Shown: positions 39,001-50,798 of the stretch, in pieces
Layout of the letters: every line of letters begins with the position of its first letter
Position numbering within the stretch: the first letter of the stretch is position 1
NCBI RefSeq assembly: GCF_000315625.1
Contig: NW_005434595.1
Location: forward strand, 235,826-299,825
DNA from: Guillardia theta CCMP2712
Lineage: Eukaryota > Protista > Cryptophyta
Direction of reading: 5' to 3'
Length of the DNA: 64,000 bases
Program-made: the position numbers and the translations under genes
The notes under the pieces: model-generated
The model's input: only the letters and a program-made list of their open reading frames with translations
What the model was told of the DNA's origin: nothing
The model's database searches: none

Positions 39001-42000
39001 ACTACAACTTCACTGTCAGCAACCTGGCTGGAGACTTCTACAGCAACGGCCAGTGGACCAACGACGACACAGGCATGCTCGCGTTCTCGATCCAAGGAAC
39101 ACTCACAGCCTCGGAGAGGTACGGTTTTACCGTCAAGCTCCAGAACCCTGTCTACGCGCAGATGGCTCCCTCGGCTCCGACGCTCAAGATCACGCCGCAG
39201 ATGGCAACGGCAGTCAGCTTCCAAGAGCCGAGTATGTCCACGTACAAGCCAGGATACTTCGAGAACATCACCTTCTCCTTGTTCGTGAACCAGAGCTCGG
39301 CGTACCCCTGCGACCCCTTGAACCGTATCACGGTGCTCCTCGAGTCCAACGTGCCCATACCTAACACGTGCAAGCTCGCCAATGACAACATGACTTACAC
39401 GCCGCTGATCACCCTGAGCGGTCTGATCAACTCCGACACCAACGAGACGTCGATCACTCTCTCGGGAGACAACACGTTCAACTCCCAGACAGCGACGTGG
39501 ACTCGGACCACGGGTGAGCTGGTTCTTCCTAAGGTCGAGCTCAACGCCAACGAGGTCTACTCGTTCGATTTCACCTTGAAGAACCCAGCGACTCCTCAGA
39601 ACGCCCCGCCAGTGTATGTCACCGCGAGCATCCTTGAGATAGCCAAGGGCGGGGCCCACCCTCGCGCAGACAATAACGGTCTAGTGCATCATCAGTTGAC
39701 GGAGATGTCATATCCTTTGTACATCATGACGCCCAACATCACGTACTTGGATATCAAGCAGAGCTCACCATATCCTTGCGATCACAATAACATCTCCTTC
39801 CACCTGGAACTCAATACGCTTCTTTTTGCAAGCTGTCCGACCTCTTTCAATTTCTCAGGACTTGACGGAACTCTTACGAGCAGCTCTTCTTCGATGACTC
39901 TGTACGACCTGAGTGGTGTTGATGTTGCTGAGTCCTTATTTGACAACGGTAAGGGTCTCTTGCAGATCAAGACAAACCAAGATACGACTGACAAGGTGTT
40001 CACGTTTGTGTTGATGTTACGCAATCAGCAAGTTGCGAAAATGGCAAGTGGCATTCAGATTTCATCAAGATTTTACAGCAGTGCTCGAGATGCATATGTT
40101 TCCTGGCCACAGCGCGTACAAGCTCCCAAGATGAATGTTGAAGATCCTATGTACATCATTCAACCGCAGTTCAATCTTTCATTTGCACAAACCAATCCGT
40201 ACCCTTGTGATTACAATATGATTTACCTCAAGTATTCTCTTAACGTGCCACTGTTTGTAGCTTGTAAACCAAAATTCTATCTAAGTGGATTGACTGGAAG
40301 TGCTACCTGGCAAGACGTTCTCGATCTCCAGACGCAGGATTCCACGACGGGAATATCAGCTGATGGCGAGACAAACTTTAACAATCAAATTTACTGGCAC
40401 TATCCGAGTGGTGCTGTGAATTTCACAATATCCCAGGACGTTGGCAGTACAGTGCAGGTTGTTTTTCAACTCAAGAATGGAGTGAATGCACAAGTAAAGG
40501 CATTGACAGACTTTGCCGTCTCGTTGTTTTACACTGAAGCAGGACTGCCTGTCAATGAAAGCTTGGCCATTCAGTATGAGCAACAGTCCTTTACGCTGCT
40601 CGATCGCCTAACAGACACGTCTCATACAATGTCGACTTCCCAATCAAACTCGATATACATGCCAACCACTAGTGAATACATTCCCATGACAATTCGGTTG
40701 TTGACGTTCAACTCCTATTCTTTGATTCAAAGCTCATCACTTCCAACCTCTTTGAATACAATTACAGTCAGTTTCAACCTCAACGTAGACCTCTTTCCCT
40801 CTTGCTTCCCCACAATGGCATTGTACAATTTAATTGGAGCATGCAATACCAACGAGACGATGTACACCAACACTGTGCAACTGAGTGGTGATTCATCCAA
40901 GTTCATGAGTTTGCAAAATGTTACCGGCTATGCCGATTGGTATCAGAAGTCTGAGACTCTAAAGATGCATGCATGGAATGACAACTCTGTTACTATTCTT
41001 GCCAACACAACCTACACGTTCTCCTTCAATGTCAGAAATCCAGCTCAGGCGCAAGGAAGCCCCTCGGTGACCCTATGTGTGAACTTTCTTGATCAGATCA
41101 ACACTGCTGCAACCTGTCAGGTCGATGTGCCAACAAGCAATGTAGAAACAAGTGTCCTTTACACACAAGGCCCCGTGTTCTTGGAGACCAGCGTCTCACA
41201 GACCACATCCTACCCCGGGCAGCTCAACTACGTCCAGATGAATCTCTCAGCAAATGTGGAGTTGAAGTATCCGGTCACGTTCACAATCTCAGGGTTTGCT
41301 GATGTCTCGGTATTTGACACCATGACGGCATGGATAGAAATGGGTTCTAACAACTACACGGCTGCGAGGTTTCCGGATCGTAACAATGGCAAGTTGGTCC
41401 TGATTGTAGAGAGCCAGGAATTCGCCATGCCTGCGTCTGAGTATTTCTTGATTCTCCTGCGTTTCCACAATCCTGGATGCGATGCTCCTAGTGCGCTGTG
41501 TGTACGAGCAAGTAACATCAAGAACTCCGTATGCAAGCTTGCGCACATTCCTCGCACCCCCTTGAAGATTATTGGAGATTCTCCACTTCATATCATGAAC
41601 GCAAACTTGACCAATGGAAAGATCAACTCTTCCTCTGTATTCCCTTGCGACCACAACACCATCACTGTGCAGCTATCTACCAACTTCCCCTTGGTATCTG
41701 GCATTCATAAAATCACCATCTCTGGATTGCGAGGGAACATACCAATGGGCCCGATGTCTGGCGATGTCCCTGTTTCTAGTTCCGGAGATGTCCTTGAAGC
41801 AACCGGGCAGTGGAATCAGGACACTGGAATGCTTATAGTTGGTGTTCAAGGATCATGGGAGAAGGACACAGAATATACTCTCTCCTTCACCTTGATAAAT
41901 CCATCATCTTCACAGGTACCATTTATTTCATGCTTGCTTGATTATGACTTTATTGTTTGCAGAGCTGTCTAGACACCTACGTTCAGATTGGACAAGTCTG

Positions 42001-45000
42001 CAACGCGAAACGGAAACTTGAGTCTCTGACGTCACCTGACTATCATGCTTCTTGCGGCCAGAGTTCGATTCAAGCTTGTCCGTTGTTTGTCCAGCAACCT
42101 GAAATCTCATTCTGGATTTCGCAGCTGACCGCCAGTCCATGTTGGAACAATACAGTCTCGATTCAGCTGGAGTCCAACGTTCCTCTTGGCTTGTGCACTT
42201 CCTTGGTCACAATCTCAGGACTTCCCGAGGGTTTATCAGCGGAGCAGAGCTACACCATTCAGACGCTGAATCAAGCCCTAGTCGTTGATGCTGCGAATGT
42301 GTTTCCAACATCGCCATGTACAAACTTCAGCATAAGCTTGAATTATGAGAATCTGCCTTACAACACATCAATGAGCGTGGTCAATGTCAACCTGTTGAAT
42401 AGTTCTAATGGCTTCAGTGTATCAGCCGCTCGTGCCAACGACCTCTATGTGGACACAGTGGTCTTCACCAAGAAGAGCATCGGGCAATCAAACCCTTGGC
42501 CAGGGGCAAACAACACCATAACAGTGACTCTAGCATTCAACGTTCCCTTGCATTCCAACTGCACCTTGATCAAAATTTCAAATTTGATCGGCGCCTGCAT
42601 TCTTGACACCAAGGTTGCGCTGCACTCCCAGGACTCGAGCATGTTCATGTCTCAAGCCCAAGAGCAAGGCTATGCGGACTGGAGCGCAAACGTTGTTGAT
42701 GGAGTGTCACATGGAGCGATCACGTTGAGACCGTCGCAGACTCTCGATGCCTTCACTCAGTACGTGTTCTCATTCGACTTCGTGAACCCATCGCAGGCTC
42801 AGAACTCACCGAGCATTGGAATTCAGACCTACATCAATGGCTACTCGAACGACCTCATCCCGATGGATCCTGATTCAACTTCGACACCAGCCTCTGCCTG
42901 CACCACCTTGAGCAGCTGCAAGTTTGTTCAGGGTGATGCATTGCCTCTGCAAATCTACGCACCCATGTTCCTCGTCAAGAATATCACTCAAGACACCGCT
43001 TATCCCTTGGTTGAAAATCAGTTGTCTGTGATTCTCATGACAAATATTCCGTTGTCTGCTCAATCAAGAGTCACAATCACTGATTTGAAAACAAATGAGA
43101 CTTCTTCGGGAGAGATTAGTTTAACAGGAACCGACGCCGGCAAGTTTGGGAGTGTAGGTTACTGGAACAATGAGTCTGATCGCATGACAGTAACAGTGAC
43201 GGAGAGGATCGAAGCAGGACAGGTAGTCATGTTCACCTTCACGCTGAAGAATCCCAACTGCCCACAACCATCTCCAGGAGTTTGTATCAGGGCAAGCATG
43301 ATCCGCAACCCTTGTGATGTGAATGCTGTCACAATTTACCGCCAGCCAATGGACAAGGATGTTGTGGCTTGCCTCGACTTTGCTGCAAGGTACAGTCAGA
43401 CAGCTGACAATGCAACTTGCTCAGCATTACCACGACTTCCGATGCAGCAAGGATATGCTGCTCCACTCAAGATTTTGCCATCTGAGCTTCATGTCTTGTA
43501 CCTGAACGGCTCTGTGATTGATAACTCCTTTGAGATAACGATGTCCTTCTACACAAATGTGCCAATTCTAAATGGATCTGCTTTAGTGGTGACTGGATTG
43601 CCCTACTTGAGCTCATCGCAAGCGATGGTAGAAATGCCATTCACAGGAAGTTGGATGGTTGACAAGGATTCCCTTGTCTTTACTTTGAGTGGCAACACTA
43701 CTCCCGGAGTACCTTATTCAGCCAAGATAACGATCAGTCATGCAATTTGCTCATCGATGTACCTCAACATCACCCTTAGCATCACAAAGATGTGCTTTGC
43801 TCCTGTCACGAACTTAGTGGCTTTGCAGGTCCATACATGGTTGCTCCAATCAGTCTCTGTCAACCAATCGTCTGCAATGGCACTTGGTGAGAACATGATT
43901 TATTTCGAAGTCACTTTGAACGAGCCACTTATTCTGGGAATGAACCTTTTGATCAAAGGACTGCCAACGGAGTATTTGACTGGTGGCTATTCTCTACACA
44001 ATGTTGGCGGTAATATCAACAGTGAGTTCATGCTCGAGTCAAACGTCATCAACATCAGTGCAACATCATCAACTGGCAACCAAGTCTATATGTTCTCATT
44101 CAAGGCCAAGAATCCGCTTTGTTGTCACTCATTCGCAAATATGACAGTTGAAATCGTCAGATGCCAAAAAATCCTTGACATGCAATACGCACATGTTCCA
44201 GAGAATGTGCTATACCGACCGTTCCAGACTTACTGTCCCTCTGTGCTCTATGGACCAATTCTATCTAACACTTCTAGATTGCCGTGCTCCGCTGAGAACT
44301 TCACAGTGAATGTATCTTTTACAGTACCCTTGTTTTCAGGTACAACCTTTCACTTGATTGGTCTTGAGAAGTTAAATTACACCGAACTCAGACTCAGCGG
44401 TCTCTCGTATGCCCCGTGCTCATCCTCGATGTATTGTGTGGAGCTGACAGAAGATATTGCACAAGAACAGGAAGTGATTGTTGAGCTGACGGCAATCACT
44501 GGAACTGAGTCGTCCTGGTGGACAAGCTCTGTGCAGCTGTTGGTGAATGGTACATGTCCTTTGCTCGATCATACAATCATCAAACCGGGACAAGTGTTCC
44601 CAGTTGTCGAGCCTCTCAAGCTAACAGTACAGAACATAGCTCAGCAGACATACTTGCCGGGAGCTTTCAACGAACTCACTGTCACTATCGCCACCAACTT
44701 TGCGGTCCCGCGAATGTACTGCCCCTCGCTGATGGTCTACATCAGCGGTTTGCAAGGAGCTTGCGTGCGAAATCCACCAACCTACACGAGCGAGGAGATC
44801 GCAAGCGCCAATTGGCAAGGAAATGGAGTCATTGAGATGGAGATTACAAAGCTCTTTGTGCTCAATACCTCTGATTTCGTTTTCTCGTTTGTGGTTCAAA
44901 ATCCCGGGTTTGCACAAAAAGCGGCAGCTGTAAGCATCGAGGTGTCTGGAGGGTTGAATTTGCCGAGACAAAAGATGAACTTCGGCACAAGCGACCTGAT

Positions 45001-48000
45001 GCTGTATCCTCTTGTGGTGACTGGTCCGACCTTTGTGACCTCTGAGATTGGTCAGTCCACAAGTTTCCCTTCATACAACAATCAGATCACTGTAACATTC
45101 AGCGCCAATATCAAGTTGACGGAGGGCTCCATCATCACCCTGTCTTCTCTAGGAAAGAATGTGACTGCTTCATGGATGCCTCTTGACACAGTGAATCTGA
45201 CTGGCGACTCCTCATACTTCTCTGATAGCCCCGGTGGAAGCGATTCTAAAGGCATTCTGAACAGCCTCACGGAGACGCTCAAGCTGTTCGTTCTCAAACC
45301 CATCGATGCGTTCCAAACCATCGTGATCTCCTTCAACGTCACCAATCCGGGATGTTTCCGTCCTGCTGCTGATGTGTGTATTGCGGCCAGTAACATCTTG
45401 ACAGAGAATTGTCCGCACAACGCAACGATCGAACGATCGCAGATCAAGGTTCGAAATGATCCATTCCTTACCCTCCGACCCGAGATCCTGAGCAGCACGA
45501 TTGAACATTCGAACCCCTGGCCCTTACAGGCGAACACCATTACTTTGAATTTCAAACTGAATGTCGATGCAATGCAAACAGTGACAAACATTTCTATTCT
45601 CAGCCTTGAGCCTTTGGTGGGCATTCAAAGCATAAGCGATGTTCAGTCCAATCCTTCCTTGGGCACCCTAAATGCTCTCGTCACAGGAAACGCTTTCATC
45701 TTCACCACCACAGAGAGCATCATGCACGACACAGACTATCAGATATCATTCACCATCAACAACAGCTATTGTCAGGGCATGCTTCACAACTTGTCCCTTG
45801 CGATATCTGCTTTCCCTGGTTGTTCGCCATCCTTGCCAATTCAGCAAATCAAATTGAACAGCTGCAACTCAATGACATACCCATTCCAAGTTTTGGGAAG
45901 CACATGTTCTGGAATCAGCACGATGAACTTTACTCAAGCGCAGATTTCACAATCAAACTCAAAGCCAGGATGCAGCAACGAGATCACGCTGACCTTTCAG
46001 TCCATGCTCTCCTTGGCCGCGGACAAGACAGCTATCAAAGTGACCTTTACGCAAGACCTGCCTCTAAACAGTGACTTCACAATCTCTGGACCAAACGCAT
46101 CTAACTTTGCTAACACCGCAACGTATTCATCACGAACGATTGAGTTAAAGGTCAAAGAGACGTTACAAGCTTGCTCTCCCGTCACAATCTCGTTTGCGTT
46201 TAACAACCCGATGACCTACACAATGCCTGGCAAGGTTTCCATCGAGGCTATCGGCACTGTGAGCAACGTCAATGAAGTGATTCTGCCTCCATATGCGATC
46301 TCACCATCTTCGGTTCTGACGATTGACCGGTGGAGGGTAGGAAAGAGTCTTATGTCTCAGAGTAGCCCATACCCAGGTGACCTCAACAACCTTACAGTCA
46401 CCTTGTCGTTCGAAGGCAGTCTTAAGCAGAACAGTGTAGTGTACTTGTACGCCATCGATGGTGCAGACCATCAGGAAGGTACCGTCGAGCTGAACTGGAT
46501 CAGCGCTGCGCCAGCTTTCGAAGCCACGTGGTACAACTGTCAGAAGGTCCTCAAGTTGACAGCCAACAGAGACGTGGTCTGCAGCGAAGTGCTGCAGTTC
46601 TCCTTCCAAATTCGCAACCCCTTGATGCCTCAGCTTCAGGCGATGGTGGACATGAACATCTCCGACCCTCAGGGAGTGATGCTTCTCAACAAGTCAGCTG
46701 TCTCTTGCGATTACTCTGCCCCGATGAGCATCAAGGCTGCTGTACAGGAAGACTACTGCCCGATGACCGTCTGGCCGGCCGTGTTCCTTACCAAGAAGGT
46801 TGCACAGTCCTCCTCAATCCCCTGCGACGAGAACCTCATCACCTTCTCGTTTGCTACCAACGTCCCCATCTTCCCAACAGTGAGTTATACTGCTGAAGCA
46901 TACACCGCCGCCAAACTTGTGATTGAAGGATTTCCATTCAACAATCAATCGACGGTGCAGCTGGAAAACATACAAGCTTACAAATTCTGTGATGGCCAAG
47001 TATTGGAGACTATGCCTACGTTCTTTGATTCTACTTCTGTACAAGTAGTTCAGGGCTCTGTGACCTTAATTTTGAATCCGGCGACTAATCCCAACATTAC
47101 GAGCTACAACTTGGGAATGGAAGATGTGGTGATCTCGTTCAGCTTTAAGGTCAAGAATCCTTTACCTTTCTCGCATGATTCGACGTCTGGAGTCTTTGCT
47201 TCAATCATTATGGTCGGAAACAATCCATTCACCATGATTGAAAGGACTATGCTGTACGTTGAAACTATGAATGGCCTAATTCCTTATGTCTCATCTCCTC
47301 AATTCACAGTTCGAAGTGTTTCCCAGAACAGCTCGGTGCCTTGCGATGACAACACAATTACCATTTCTCTGCAGATGGATCAGAACATTCTGAAGTGCTC
47401 AACAGATGCCGAGTTGATCATCAGCTCGCTCGAGGTTGATCTTCCAGCTCAGCCAGCCATAGTCAGCTCAAGTTCGTACATCGCCAACAGCGGTCTTTGG
47501 AACAGCATGACGAGATCGCTGACAGTGAGCATCACCGAGTCATGGACTGCAAGTCAAACTCTTGTGTTCTCAGTCTCAACGGTCAACCCTCATTATCCAC
47601 AGAGCAATGTGAGTCAACCCATGGTGACCATCAAAGATTATACCGCCTTCCCTACCGCTCTACAGTCGCCCGACGGCATTTACCCCACCTCAGTCGCCAT
47701 TCCTGGCATCGTCCTGTCCAACATCGTGCAGTCAACCTCCATCCCTGGAGCACAGAACATGCTGACCGTGACTCTGATGTCAAATCTGACCATCTCTAAC
47801 AAGTGCGGAACCATCCTGACGATCTCTGGGTTGTCAGGTATCTGTCCCTCCTCAGTGATTGATCTTTCTGGCAACGGGTCCTCAATCTTCGGTGGCAAAG
47901 CACACTGGATGAATGCTTCAAATGCTGTGACCATGACAATCAGTGAGAGCATGATGGCGAATGTGATCTACCAGATCTCCTTCACAGTCCTCAACCCAAG

Positions 48001-50593
48001 CACTCCACAGCCATCTCCACGCATCTTGCTTCAGTACTTCTTGTATCAACCTATCACACAAAACATGACCAAGGTGATGACATCAGCTGGAGCCGCTCTA
48101 GAGATCACTGGAAACCTCAAATTCAATGTGGCGACTGTCACTCAAACCGAGGCGGCAGCAGGCAGCACGAACAAGATTACCTTCACTTTCCAGACGAACG
48201 TGCCCCTCTACTCAATGGCCAGCTTGACCATCTCCGGGCTGAAATCAGACCATGCCTTGGAGTCTGTCCAGTATCAGGCCCCTTTGAACGGAGAGTTCAA
48301 CTCCCAGGCTGGGCTGCTGGTGCTCAACATCAGCTCTTCGCTGTCCGAGGGTGTGAACTACACTGTTAGCTTCAACATGGTCAACCCGAGACAAGCGAGA
48401 CTGCCGCAGAGAGTGTTCATTGAGTCTGGCGGAGTCATCCTGCCAAAGGTCGAGATGACACCTGCGACAGGGGACCTTGCTCCTTTCGTGGTGCTGCCTC
48501 CCTACTTCAACACCTCCTCGGCTTCTCAGAACGTTCACAACTCGTCGACTAAGCCTGGGCAGCTCAACTCGCTGTCCCTGTCGTTCTCCGCGTCGGTCAA
48601 GTTGATTGCTAACGAGAGCGTCTGGTTCTCTGTCACAAACCTGCATGGCGTGAAGCTTGCATCGCAAGTCGCCGATTCAGTGTCAGGCCCCAGCATGGAC
48701 AAGTTCTCTAAGTGGATCTGGAACTCGACGAACAGTACACTTTCCTTCCAGCTGGGTCAAGACTTGAATGCCTTCGAGGTGTTGGACTTCAGCCTGCAGC
48801 TCACCAACGGAGTCTACGGGCAGGACGGGCAGCAGCTTTACCTCCAAGTGTTCTCATATGGGTCTGGAGTGTTCATCCCTTACACCCCCTTGCAGTCTGA
48901 TCCGAACCTGCTGCTCATCGAGTCTTCCGTCTCCTTCCTCGAGAAGAGTATCGGGCAGAGCTCATGGCTCCCTGGAGCCACCAACACCTTGTCGGTGACT
49001 CTCAAGCCAGAGTTCCCGCTCAAGCAAGGAGACTCAGTCACTGTACACGGGCTGCTGGGATTTCAAAGAAATGACGGCATCCTGACCCTTCTAAATGCTG
49101 GCCCTGGCTTTGAGCCGAATGCAACCTGGTCAAGATCTGCTGGCAGAGTGATTCTGACGGTGGCTGAGAATTCAGAGATCTCAAACACCACTGAAGTGAG
49201 CTTTGACCTTCAAAACCCCCTCTACCCGCATGCCTGCCTTGAGAACATTCAGATCTCTGCGACATCCAACGTACCTTACCTGAAGGCTCCAATGAGCACA
49301 GGGCCGGACAAGAGCTGCCCGCTCTACATTGTTGCTGCTGGTTTCTCGAACCTGTCCATCTCTTCATCTTCCATCGTTGCGGACACCACTAACGACGTCT
49401 CGATCATGTTTCAAACCAACATGAACATCTTTGCTTACTCAAGCACGACCATCTCCGTCCAGGGGCTCATCGGGACAGCAACTCCTTCCCAGGATTTCAT
49501 CCCAGTAACTGTCGATCCAGTGTCGCTGGGTAAAGACTTTGCGCCTCAAGCAGAGCTGATTGAGGTGGGCTTTGCTCCTTCATGCACGCTATCCAACCAG
49601 CAAGTGGTGCTGACCAACTTGAACGGCAACGGAACTCTCAAGGGCGCCAACATGTACTTCACTTGCCAGAAGCAGACTCCCATTCAGATTTCCGCCTACG
49701 ATTGGGCTTCCAAGTGCGCTAACTTGTCTTCTCTGCCGTCTTGCACTCTGGGTCAGGTTGAGTACGTCACTGTTGTGGATGGAGGCCTTGGATACCTTTC
49801 AGGGCCCTTCGAGGTGGCATCTGGTTCCCAGGTGTCAGGCTTGTCAGGAAACTGCACAGTCAACACGGCAGGAGCCATCACAGGCATCGTCATCATCACC
49901 AAGGGTCAAGGCTTCTCTCCTGGTGACAAGATCGTCTGTCCGGGCAACAACATCACTCGCCCAGCTGTATTCCAGTACACGACCAGCAACGACACGGCCT
50001 CCGTGTCGGCCGCCAAGTGGAACCAAGACTTTGGCCGTCTGGAGCTCAACTATCTCGGAGAGGCGTTGGAGGAAAGCATGCAGTACAAGTTCTCTGTAAG
50101 CTTGTTGAACGGGATCAGGCCGCAAGCTGCTCAGACGGCATCCATCTCCATCCAGTCTCCTGTGCCTTTCGGTACTCAAACGTTCCAGCAAAAGGCCATG
50201 GAGATCCTTCAGTTTGCGTCGGTTTACACAAGAGCGTCGACAGCAGCACCCAACACAGCAGAGAGCACGCAGGTGTTGTTCAAGGGGATGCAGTGCCAGC
50301 AGTCGTCAGTCTACCTCATCTCTGCCGACGTTCAGTGCAACACTCCCATCTCTACCTTATCCCTCATGATGAATGGTGAGACCACCACCGTCAACAACCC
50401 CCTCCAGAGTTGCTCCACCTACTGCACCCAGTATGCTAGGGTGGTCGACCGCAAGCAGTACTCGTACGGGTCTCTGAACCTGGACACAGCTGCCTTCTAT
50501 GGCATTCTCAACACCACGCAAGCATCGGAAAGTATGGTTGACGTGTGTGGAAACAAAGAGCGATTGAAGATTATCTTCACATTAGAGTGTTAG
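15035..50593 (+). CDS. Giant (11,747 aa) secreted Ser/Thr/Asn/Cys-rich tandem beta-domain repeat protein, 7 exons
   Basis: Exons 15035-15095, 15144-15173, 15236-15292, 15345-15624, 15686-17178, 17224-41915 and 41963-50593. All six introns are GT-AG, 45-62 nt, and keep the frame. Total 35,244 nt = 11,748 codons. Signal peptide MRSLSCQSLVFGLTVVIFLSSYARG. Recurrent module: xQSxxxPCxxNxIxxxxxxNVPL...IxIxGLxG...WxxxxGxLxL...YxFxFxxxNPxxxQxxP...PLY. Confidence 0.92.
35337..39780 (+). repeat. Near-perfect in-frame tandem repeat, 1755-bp (585 aa, four modules) unit, ~2.5 copies
   Basis: Units start at 35337, 37092 and 38847; the third ends at 39780. Only a few substitutions were seen (LTSIE/LTIIE, QPTIK/QPSIK, silent att/atc, SQIAT/SQTAT). 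Confidence 0.97.
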
Positions 50594-50798
50594 ATGTGAT
50601 GTTTTGATGTAAAGAACTCCTAAGTTCCATTTGAGTATTTTGAATAAATTAAAGCAGATACTTGATTTCTGCTCCTGCTCTCGCTCCCTTGCCTCAACCC
50701 CTCCTCTCAATGCTCCTCCTGCCGCAGATCTTTCGCTCTCGTCAAGTATCGTAACTTAACAGTCTCGAGTGAGTGTCAAGTAACAAGCCAAGAACATG

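Noticed and set aside
35316-39659. Three long antisense ORFs (277, 301, 301 aa) and repeated alternate-frame ORFs
   Set aside because: They are shadows of a GC3-rich part of the giant CDS, repeated only because of the tandem amplification. No domain signal.
35337-39780. Tandem repeat as a transposon, LTR pair or CRISPR array
   Set aside because: It is in-frame coding sequence matching the surrounding protein modules. No spacers, TIRs, target-site duplications or transposase/RT motifs.
41916-41972. Overlap of the 8255-aa and 2878-aa ORFs as a programmed frameshift or two genes
   Set aside because: A canonical 47-nt GT-AG intron (41916-41962) joins them in frame in the middle of a module.
17205-41972. 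Giant ORF as a PKS/NRPS or viral polyprotein
   Set aside because: No KS, ACP, A-domain, protease, helicase or polymerase motifs. Composition and sequons indicate a secreted structural glycoprotein.
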